Shown: piece by piece, positions 52,921 through 64,000 of the stretch | Layout: the number at the start of each line of letters is the position of its first letter | How positions within the stretch are numbered: position 1 is the first letter of the stretch | DNA from: Octopus sinensis | Lineage: Eukaryota | NCBI RefSeq assembly: GCF_006345805.1 | Contig: NW_021832258.1 | Location: forward strand, 340-64,339 | DNA: 64,000 bases | Reading direction: 5' to 3' | Position numbers and translations under genes: made by a program | Notes under the pieces: generated by a model | What the model was told of the DNA's origin: nothing | The model's database searches: none | Seen by the model: only the letters and a program-made list of their open reading frames with translations

Positions 52921-53119
52921 TGTGGCCAGTATTTATTTGAATTAAAGGATGCAAAACACGGCTGTTTCTCCTTTCAACTTTTTCCCTGGTGAAAACCTCT
53001 GTCTGAACCATTAGATTTTCCATTCCTCACGGCAAGTTCACTGTACTCTTATCGATTTTATAACATAACTCCACTCTTGCCCACGTAGAACAACACGAGT
53101 CTCATTGGAATCTGTCTGA

Positions 53120-53175
<56 letters not shown>

Positions 53176-55559
53176 ATATATATATAAGTGTGTTTGTGTG
53201 CATACACGTATAATACGCACATTCACACAAACACAAGCAGACACACATTATAATTGTAGCTATCTTTAAAAAAATGTTAATTTCTTGTTGAAATGCAATA
53301 ATCTATTGAATACAGATAAAAAAAGAGAATAACTAACTTTTAATAATCAATATTTTTTGCTATCTTGTACTAAAACGTATATTTAATTATACTGTCAGTA
53401 TAATTTATCAATAATTCGGTCTGTAATCTGCACCATTCACGCTGGACTTCAGTAAATAAAGTTTAATTGTTATGTCTGGTTTTGAGTTTGTTTCGAGATA
53501 TTTGGATGTTTTGCTGAAGCAAAATTTCGATCAATATTCTCTCCAAACATCTTGGAATAATTTTCTTGAAGTAGGTCAACTAAATCGGAAACTTAAACCG
53601 AAGGAACTTTCTCGTTTTAAAGCACATGAAATAAGGAAACTGTTTCGCCGTTTACAACGTAAAGGACAGATCTACGCAACAAAGGACAGTTTGCTTATGA
53701 ATTGAACACCTGGACCCGCTTCTCGTAGAGTTCCACCATCTTTATAGAGAGTTTCTCACAGAAACGTTAACAACATGCTCTATAGTAATGTTTCCCAAAC
53801 TTTTTCGGGTTGCCACCCCACTGAAATTGAGGCCTCATTCCTGGCGCCCCACCCCAAACAATCATCACAAACAACGACCTCTTTCTGAAGCAAATTCAAA
53901 GCAACTGGTCACTCCTCCCCATGTCACTGATATTGTCCAAGAGAAAGACAACGACCGGGACAGCTTGGGACGTATTTTCTCAGGAGTTGTCAAAACAAAT
54001 TTGCAAACGTCGTTCAACTATTTCAGAGATTTCAACTCTGGGCTTCTTCTCAGGGTTTACAAAGCAGGCCTTCCCTATGAGGGTACATTGTTTGAAAGAA
54101 GCGTTGGTTTTAAGTCAGTATTTTCCCTCTCTTAAATGTATTGCCTTCTCAGGCTGATAGTTCTATCTGGTTTTAAAGAGCCAAAACCCAACAAAAGCAG
54201 GCTTTTGATGGCTAGCGTCTCCAACAGCCTTTGACAAGCATGACCAAATACTGATCTTCTTGTGCGAACCTTTAAAACTTTATCCAGAAACCTGTCACCC
54301 TTTCATCCATTTTAAACTTCGCTTAATACTTTCAATTACTATAAACGTGTGACGTCACGTTGCCTGGTGGTTGGGATATTGCACTCAGAGCAACTACGTA
54401 GTGGATTCCCGATCACAGTGCTGCGTTGTATTCATTTAATTTCACTTTGTTTTAGTTCACTCTGTTGTAAATGCGCAACCCGCAACAGAAGATGAGCCTT
54501 CTGATCAAGGGTAATGATGACCTGTTGGCTTAGCCAATGAAATGGCGTCATTTGTAAGCTTAAAACGAGGCAAAGCACATTGGGGTCAGCGTTGCATAAC
54601 GACATCCAATGGTTTGGTCGATGCCGTGTCTTAGTGGATTCTAATCACCTTCGGTAAACAATAGGCTACTGTCGCCCGGAGCAAATATTAGAGAAGGCTA
54701 GATGCAGCTGGAGCTCCATACTGCTCCCACGGTCAATTCAACGTACCGCTTCTATATATCAGCACCACGAAGGGTACCGCAAAAGCTCCAGTATATCTGC
54801 GCCCCAAAGGAAAACGGACATAATTCATAAAGAAAATTTGATGTAATTAAAGCGAATTACCTTGTATATATATACAGACGAAGACACAAGGCCCAGTGGT
54901 TAAGGTCTTGCACTCATAATCTGGAAATCGTGGGTTCGATTTCCAGACCAGAGAAGAGCGTTATGTACTTGAACAAAACACTTCCCTTTGCGTTGCTCCA
55001 GTCCATTCCACCATAAACGGGTAACCCTGCTTTGATGGTTTAGCCCTCCAATCAGGGGGGATGTTGGCTTGCTTGCCTAGCCAGTGGGGTAGCAACATTT
55101 GAAAGCCAAAATACTGCAAAGTACACTGTGACATCTGATAGTCTGGTCGATCATGTGATCACATAATATATGTAGACACGCATTTACGCACCTGTGTATA
55201 CTCATACGAAAAAATGTTTCCAAGTCAGGTAAACTGGTAAAGAATTCAAATAATAAATTCATGAATAAAGAATTCGTTTTATGTCATAATTTTGTTTCTT
55301 TGTGCATTTCAAAGAAGCTAAACTTGATAGAATTTGTTAAATTTTAGAATTCGCTGTTATCAGTGAATTAATCTTAACAGACAGCAATTTATTATTTATT
55401 CAATTTCTTTCAATTGTTCCAGTCACTGGATAGCGGCCATGTTGCAGTATCTCCATAAAGATATTTATGTCTGAGCTTATGGTTCACTGAGTGATTATAT
55501 ATTGAGTCGTTATAGACTCTGTGTTACAATGTCTGAAATAATAATTATCTTAAAAACTT

Positions 55560-58545
55560 AGCTATCAAGATAAAAGAACTGAGAAATACAGAAGGAATCT
55601 TTGTACAATCTTACAAAACCAGGAACTTATATGAATTAGATATAGAAACATATGATAGTTTACTAGAAAAAGAAATCAATAAAAATATAAAATAGTCCAA
55701 AATAATACTTTAGAGAAAATAAATAAGTGTTATAAAGAAATTATGATGAATTATGAACTAGATAAAAAAACAGAACCCTACGTGCCATTGCACCTAAGGA
55801 TAACGCTAAAAGACCATAAAGATAATTTCTATGCAGACCCTAAAGTCCGACTAATATGCCCATGTAAGTCGGACCTAGGGAAATTAAGTAAATTGATATT
55901 AGATAATTATATAAACAAATTAAATAATTTAGGTTACCTAAAGTTATGGGGCAGTACAATGGAAACTTTACAATGGTTTAAAAATATAAAAAAAACAATA
56001 AGGAATATAAGTTCATACAAATAGATATTGACAGTTATTATGCTTCCATAAATGCAATAGTGTTTAATAAGGCCTTGATATATGCTAAAAATAGAACAGG
56101 AATGACGATAGAGGAAATTAAGGCAGTCCAAATGGCAAGAAAAACACTCATTAAATACAAAAATAAATTATGGGATAGAAAGGACACAAGGAAGTATTTT
56201 GATGTACCTATGGGAGCGCCAGATTCAGTAGAGGTAACCGAACTATTTGGGATATACCTGCTTTCTGAATTAAAATTAGAAAATATAAATATAGAAAGGG
56301 GGCTTATATAGGAAGAACTTACTTTTAATAACAAAAAATTGTACAAACAGAACACTTGAAAATTATAAAAAGAAATTATACAGTTTTTTTAAAGAAATAC
56401 GGGTTAGAAACTACTATATATAATGAACATTAAAATGTAAATTTTTTAGATGCAAATTTGAATATTGTTACAGGGTTAATACAGCCTTTCCATAAACTTA
56501 ATGAAAACCTAAAATACATAAATGCAGATAGTAATCACCCACCCGCGGTAAAATGAAACGCCAATAGATAACATCAGGAAAAGGATATCAATGCTCTCTT
56601 CGCTGACTACTACAATGAAGTATTAAGGAAGGCTGGATATAAGGAAGAAATTAAATTCTATAATAAGAATATTAATAGGAATAATTACATAAAATACAAA
56701 AACGTAAGTAACCTAAATAGTGTTAATATACGGAGTAACATTAATGTAAATGTAGACGAGAATAGAAATGTATATAATAATAAAAAGAAAAAGAAAAATA
56801 ATATGTATAATAGTCATAATAGGATAACACACCATAATTTTATGGAATTCAAGATGATAAAAAACATAAAAAACAGGAAAAATATAAATGGTATAAAGTA
56901 TAAGGATAGGTTGGGTTTAATGGGGAAGGATTTAAAATTAAACGAAAATCATAATGGAGACAATACTTTAAATAGTATAGAAGATAATAGCAAGACTTGT
57001 GTAAATAAAGATAAGGGGATTACTAATATAAACATAAATAAAAATAATAATAATATGATATGGTTGATAGTCCCTTATGGTACTCAAGTTAAAAGTAATA
57101 TTATTAAAGATATCACTAATAAAATAGCATCATTTATTATGGAAAATAAAAAAAAATATATGGAAATATTCTCTAAAAATAATATACTACTAACAATGTA
57201 GGGAACATTATTTCAATAAATAGTATAGGCTGAATAAATATTACTATGATAAATTAAATAAGCATCTGAATAGGAGAGCTGGAGAACGTAATAGTTGTAA
57301 TTGTAGGGGTAAACTTAATGGAAGATGTAATGTAAGTGATGTAATATATAAATGTGTGGTTTCTGTAAAAGTAGATGGAAATGAAAATAGTGGAATAAAT
57401 AATACAGATATTGAAAATTATCCAGATAGGACGTATATTGGGTAGACATCGAATAAAATTAAACAACGAATAGCACAGCATAGAAAGAAATCAATTATGA
57501 ATTAAAGTGGGATATAATATGTAAAATGAAATCGTATAGATTGGAAATAGGTCATGTCTATTATGTACCCATGAATTCATGGAGATATTATGGGCCAAAA
57601 TGGGGCTTCTAAATGCTCAGGAGGAAAGAAAAATAAAATGTAAACATAGACTGAAATGCCTAACTAATAACGCGTAACTCTAAATTTAAAGCGTAAGTAT
57701 TATTACTACTATTATTACTTAATACGAACGTACTAGTTTAAATTAAACTACCATTAGATGTGAGGAGGTATAGCAGTGCGGTGTGAGTGAACAAAGGGTG
57801 GGAATAATACGAAATAAAAAAAAGTAAGGTTCCCATGATGCATTTTTGTATTTCCTGGACCATGGTTTCTATAAAGTTAATATTATAATTAAGTAATATT
57901 TTTAAAAAAGCAGGAAAGGGAGGGAGTGTAGTCGTTTGCCGGACCTTGCGATGTCAAGCCGAAATTAAGACGTAATAGGACAATGGAGTCAACGGTGATT
58001 TGTACATATTCTTTTATGTTACCCTTAAGTTATTTTTACTTGGTAAATTTTTTATTTTTATCATTCGTATCATTTGTAAATTTTCTTTTTGTATTTTGTC
58101 ACACAAGTATATATTTTATTTTATTTTTCTATCCCTATATATTATTAATTTAATATTTATAGACATAAGTTACGTGAGAACGTAGTTTTTGTAAATTTTT
58201 ATTTTTATTTTTTATTTTTACTTTTATTTTTATTTTTATTTTTATTTGTAATTTTTTTATTTGAATTAAATTATGACTTGTACAGCAAGGTCCGGCGAGC
58301 CTATTTACACATGCACATACTTATATGTTTAAAATTAAAATATAGTTTTTAGTATCAAACTATGATAAGTTATGTAGAGGCCTGATGATTGGGGTTATAT
58401 TTTAAGAAAGGTTCCAGCAAAACACGGCGTGGTTAAGGAACCGGAAAATGAACCTCAAGAAACATGTATAGCCGAGATATAAGTATTAAGTATTAAATTA
58501 AATTAAAATTCTTTTATATGGCTGGATGAAGGGGCCTATTAACTC
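55560..58545 (+). mobile_element. long degraded AT-rich Penelope-like element (RT, GIY-YIG, pLTR)
   Basis: ITLKDHKDNF...KVRLICPCKSDLGKLSK; DIDSYY; YFDVPMGAPDSVEVTELFGIYLL; FLDANL; YINADSNHP; CNCRGK..GRCNVSDVIYKC...TYIG*TS..IKQRIAQH. Confidence 0.88.
58378..58473 (+). ncRNA. hammerhead ribozyme motif with extended stem II
   Basis: GGC CUGAUGA (58382-58388); stem II UUGGGGUU/AACCUCAA plus UAUUUU/AAAAUG plus GGUUCC/GGAACC; GAAAC (58459-58463); palindromic ACAUGU; GUA triplet; then UAGCC. Confidence 0.7.
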
Positions 58546-58621
58546 TAAATGAATATGTTATATACATATATATATATTATGTATATATATATGTGTATAT
58601 ATAATGTATGTATATATTATA

Positions 58622-58654
<33 letters not shown>

Positions 58655-59017
58655 GGTATATATAGATATATGTATATACATATGTATATATATATATGTA
58701 TATATATAATGTATATATATAGTATATATATAAATGCATAATACATATTCACACACTGATTGTGTATGTACATAGGCATTGACACACAACTTCTCTTTCC
58801 ATACAATCAGACCACCATTAGTGACAAATCTAACATCTGCTTCTGAATGGCATTCAATTAAATTACTTCGATTAGTCATTTAACTACAAAGTATCTTACT
58901 TTCCATCCTGACACTTCCAGACGTTCAATTCTAACACTCGCTTATACACCTACATATATGTATTCACACACACACAACACACACAACAACACACACACAA
59001 CACACTCTGTATATATG

Positions 59018-59070
<53 letters not shown>

Positions 59071-59646
59071 TATATATATGTATATATATATATATATGTA
59101 TAATCTTATACACATGCATACAATCACTTTCAAATATGACTTCAACTCAATATTCAGTTATGCACCCACACATACGCATATATATAATATACATATATAT
59201 ACACTGACACACACACATATCCACAGACATACATACTTACAAGGACACGTACATACATGCATACGCGTGCACACACATCCCATCTCTAAAATATGACTTC
59301 CTCACAAGCAAATATAAACACACACAATATATAAATTCTTACAAGCACATACATATAACAGCACGCATATCCATACACATATCCAAAGAGACACGGTTAT
59401 TGTTATAGAATTAATAGCATTTTTCTTTTAGAAGCCAGCAGGCTACGATAATTCTTTATATTTGTTCGACATTGTTTTGTTGGTAACATTAATAATGAGG
59501 CTTCTCACTCACAAACTCGTCTTTTTTTTGTTCTGTGCCGTTGAACTTCTGTCAATGCAAGCCCCATGGGGTTCAATTTTTACATGATGTGATGACATCA
59601 ATAAGCATCGGTTTTTGCGTGGGTGCGTGGAAATACAGCACTGCTA

Positions 59647-59704
<58 letters not shown>

Positions 59705-59763
59705 TATATGTGGTGTGCGTGTGCATATATATATGTATATATATATGTATATATGTATATATG

Positions 59764-59840
<77 letters not shown>

Positions 59841-60013
59841 CAACCGACGAAGAGGGTACCAGTTGCTCCGATCACGTAACAGCCTGCTCGTAAAATTAAC
59901 GTGCAAGTGGCTGAGCTCATCACGTGTATCCTTAATTTAGTTCTCGGGAGATTCAGCGCGGCACAGCGTGTGATGAGGCTGGCCCCTTGAAATACAGGTA
60001 CAACCGAAACAGG

Positions 60014-60066
60014 AAGAAAGAGTGAGGGGTAGTTGTGGTGAAAGCGTACAGCAGGGTTCGCTGTAC

Positions 60067-60105
<39 letters not shown>

Positions 60106-60409
60106 ACATAAGGCTTAGCCATCTGAATGTGGCTAGGGACAGGGCAGGGCGGTGGGGGTGTTACTGATGCATTTAGCCCCAGGCGATCATCAACGTCACC
60201 AGGAGGGCTGACGCCATCACGGCGTCCTCTAGCCTCTATTATTGCTATATATATATATATATATATATATCTATATTATATATATATAGAAGTAGTTGTG
60301 GTGAAAGCGGACAGCAGGATTTGCTGTACATTATATATAATATATATATATGAAATGTACAGCGAACCCTGCTGTACGCTTTCACCACAACTACCCCTCA
60401 CTCTTTCTT
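60014..60409. repeat. local inverted duplication plus partial direct copy of a SINE segment across (TA)n tracts
   Basis: 60014-60078 is the perfect reverse complement of 60345-60409. A diverged direct partial copy lies at ~60289-60335. Confidence 0.85.
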
Positions 60410-60426
60410 ATTTGTTCATATTTGAG

Positions 60427-60643
60427 AGTTGCTTGACCTTAACCAGTTGAGCATATTCTTTGGTGGCTGACAATATGTGTATCTCTGATCAGATCACAAG
60501 AATTAGTGGGGAAACATCATAGCCATGTGTCGAGAGGAATTCTTTGGGGCTTGAATGTACCCGGTGTAGTCATGATGGGTATAATGGGCTTCATATATTT
60601 CTACCCCAGTGTCACTTTGAAGGCATGCACTGCTCTCTCACTC
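60427..60643 (+). mobile_element. (AAT)n-associated element, internally deleted copy 4
   Basis: Matches the middle and the 3' end of 4128-4687. Confidence 0.75.
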
Positions 60644-60704
60644 AATAATGATAATGATAATTATGATTATAATGAGGAGGAAGAAGTCTCTCAAGGAATG
60701 TAAT

Positions 60705-60905
60705 AAGATCAGTAAATATAAGAATACTGGAAATTGAAATACAAACAAATGTGACTTCTTAAAGAGAAAGTATTCCTGTATTGTAGATGATACTAGTATC
60801 GTAAAAAAAGAGGTGTCAAAAATATGTATGTAAAATCCCAGGAGAACCGTATCTGAAAGAAACCCAGAAGTCTGTGTTGACAAGTACCATCGATATCTTT
60901 AGCGA
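60705..60905 (+). mobile_element. degraded Dong/R4-like REL C-terminal fragment
   Basis: KISKYK..EIEI...WLLK..IPV...KKGCQKYVCKIPGEPYLKETQKSVLTST, across frameshifts. Confidence 0.65.
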
Positions 60906-61759
60906 AACCATATCAAATTTAACGTTTTGATTTGTGCTGCATTATATGAATCTATTTATATATTGTTCTCCTCACTTTGCCGCAACACTCAATTACATTT
61001 AAACAATTCTTAACCTTCATTTGCTCGAGGTCACCGAGTATGACCCGGCAAGTCATTGTATAAAGCACACTGATTATAACAACAGCGAAATAACAACCAC
61101 ACTTGCAGCATCAGCAACCACCACCACAACAGCAACAAGACCACCAACAATAATAATCATTTCCACAATAAGCACAAGGCCTGAAATTTGTAGGGAGAAT
61201 GTAAGTCGATTTCATCGATCTCAGTCTTTCACTGGTACTTAATTTATTGATTCCGAAAGGCAAAGTCGACATCGGTGGAAATCGAACTCAGAACGTAGTG
61301 ACAGACGAAATACCGCTAAGAATTTTGCCCTGCATGCTAACGATTCTGCCAGCTCACCGCCCCAACAACAACAACTATAATAATTATTTCTATATACACG
61401 TAAGGTTTAAAATTTGCGAGGAGGGAGTAAATTCTTTATACTGTAGGCAAAATGCTAGAAATTTTGTGCGAGTCGGAGTTAGTCGATGACATCGTCGTCG
61501 GTACTTGCCTGATGCCTATTTTATCGACACCAAAAGAGAATGAGAGACAAAGTTGAACTCGTGTGTGTTGATGACGATGTTGATGAGGATAAAGGGGGCG
61601 ATGATGATAATTATATTTATTTGACACACGAACGTCAATCACAAAGGCAGGTCACGTAAAATGTGAAAGTTTACTTCGAATACAACTAGAAAAAAGAAAA
61701 ACAAAACAAATGAGGGAGAAACTATTTATAGAATGACAAATATAGATCTAATAATCTCC

Positions 61760-61945
61760 CAAACGTTCCTCTCTAACATATAAAAGCAAATTGATACTAG
61801 TTTTGCCAATTATTGCCATTTTTACCACTCGTCTGACAAATTCACTGGACAACAGCATTTCCCTTTCCATCCACAAATTTCTTTGCAAGTCGAATCCAAG
61901 ATGGTTGGTCTGCTCTTGAGTGTAGAAGAATTTATCTGATCTCAA
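61760..61945 (-). mobile_element. possible L1/Tx1 C-terminal remnant
   Basis: GFDLQRNLWMEREMLLSSEFVRRVVKMA resembles KYHLKRKVRVER.VLSSERFKKRWVNVA at ~46870-46950. Confidence 0.4.
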
Positions 61946-62303
61946 TCCTTTAATCTTTCAAACTACATTGAAACTGCACCTAGAAAGTTACCCCACAACA
62001 CCTGGCACAAGTCCGAGCAAGGATGATTATGGAAGACCAGCAGTTGCACTTGCATACCGGGCTCCCCTCTCCACGCCACCAGTGTTATATATATGTATAT
62101 ATATAATATATATATGTATACACACACATATATATATATATATGTAGATATATATGTATATATGTATATCACGTGATCACGTGGCCGACCAGACCATCAG
62201 ATGTTGTTACACATCACTGGTCACAATGCGTTCGCATTGTTTTGGCCTGCGAATGACGCCACCCGGCTGGCTAAGCGAGTAGGCCAATATATGCATATAA
62301 ATA

Positions 62304-62360
<57 letters not shown>

Positions 62361-62735
62361 TATGTATATATATGTAGATATGTATATATGTATGTAATAT
62401 GTATATAGATATAAACATGTAAATATACACCTTGCTGTTGGTCTTCTAACTGCTTTCTCTGAACACTTCTCACATTTCAAATTATTGATATGGCCGTTCG
62501 CATTGTTTCTAATTTTGCTCTCATATTTGTGAATATTATTGCGACTAACACTCATGCAGCTATTGATGTTGATGATAGTGTTGCTGATATTATTGTTGTT
62601 GTTGTTGTTTCAGTAGTTATTTTTCTTGTTGCTATTGCGGTTGTTTCGTTATTACAGTTATAACTGATATAGTTCCTAGTGTTTTTTTATTATCGTTCTC
62701 GACGTTGTTCTCGCTCTCTCTCTCTCCTCTCTCAT

Positions 62736-62767
<32 letters not shown>

Positions 62768-63117
62768 ACACACACACACACACACAACACACACAACACA
62801 CACACACACACACACAACACACAAACACACGCACGCAAAACCACACACACATAAACATGTACGCCCACAGAGAAATAGACACAAATTCAAAAAGCTGAGT
62901 ATATTAAACAAGGAATAAAGAAATAAAGAATAAATATTTATACGAAAATATGAATATAAAATATAAAAACGTTTCTGAAAGTTAGAGAGAGAGAGAGAAA
63001 AAAAACAGCAAGGAGCAGAGTTTGTAAGTTGATAAAATGTGATAGAATAGAGAAAAACTCACGGCAATCATCATAATGATGCCGTAGTTGATGCTGCTGA
63101 TATGATACACGTACAGA

Positions 63118-63159
<42 letters not shown>

Positions 63160-63423
63160 TATATATAATATATCTATACTATACATATACATATGTACAT
63201 ATAGTATATATATATATATATATTATATATCGATATATCTATCTATCTATCTATCTACTATCTATCTATCTATCTATCATCTATCTATCTATCTTCTATC
63301 TATCTATCCTATCTATCTATCTATCTATATAATATATAATATAATATATCTGCATATACATTTGTGTGTATATGTATAATATATACATATATATATCGAT
63401 ATCTATCTATATCTATATATATG

Positions 63424-63458
<35 letters not shown>

Positions 63459-63512
63459 ATACATTTGTGTGTATATATGTATATATACATATATATATCT
63501 ATGCATATATAT

Positions 63513-63555
<43 letters not shown>

Positions 63556-63864
63556 TATATATATATAATGAACTACAGACATTCAATGCGTGTGAGTGTG
63601 TGTTTATGTGTGTGTGTGTGTGTGTGTGTGCATTCGGTAAATAATGAAATATACTGTAGAAAACAAAGGGAAAATGCTATCTGAGAGAAATATCAAGGGC
63701 AAGAGAAAAGAAGCAAAATATGCAAAGCGTAAATATATGCATCATATATAGGTACATGCTTAAATGAATGTACCACCACGGTACACATATGTAATAAATA
63801 AATACATACATACGCAGATATATATATATACGTATAGATACACACACACACACACATGTGTGTG

Positions 63865-63901
<37 letters not shown>

Positions 63902-63934
63902 TGTGTGTGTGTGTGTCTGTGTGTGAATGTGTGT

Positions 63935-64000
63935 GTGAAGGCGCATTGCTCAGTGGTCAGGACGTCGATCTTACGATCGTGAGGTTGTGAGTTCGAATCC
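63935..64000 (+). mobile_element. tRNA-derived SINE head, cut by window end
   Basis: GGCGCATTGCTCAGTGGTCAGG...GAGTTCGAATCC (A and B boxes) after (TG)n. Confidence 0.7.

Noticed and set aside
54349-54356. TGACGTCA CRE site and similar short motifs (E-boxes near 42915, YY1-like near 38600)
   Set aside because: Short motifs are expected by chance in 64 kb, and there is no linked gene or promoter evidence.

Overview
AT-rich, microsatellite-saturated eukaryotic DNA with no host gene I can support. The repeat make-up (tRNA-headed SINEs, very long (TA)n/(CA)n/(AAT)n/(TATC)n tracts, Penelope and Dong/R4 debris) suggests an octopus or other coleoid cephalopod; this is an inference. Almost all ORFs in the track are microsatellite read-throughs. 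The real coding remnants come from transposons: a near-intact IR/DR-type Tc1 DD34E element (15977-17565), mariner and maT fragments, at least five Penelope-like elements, Dong/R4-type, RTE and L1/Tx1 fragments. The most interesting signals are RNA-level. Several distinct minimal type I hammerhead-ribozyme motifs can be folded by eye, including one that appears to form the tail of a tRNA-headed SINE. Also notable are an RTE fragment with a ~242-bp target-site duplication, head-to-tail SINE arrays, microsatellite-targeted insertions, and repeated fold-back duplications at (TA)n tracts. Coordinates were read by eye; ends of degraded elements are approximate and family names rest on motif recognition, not database searches.
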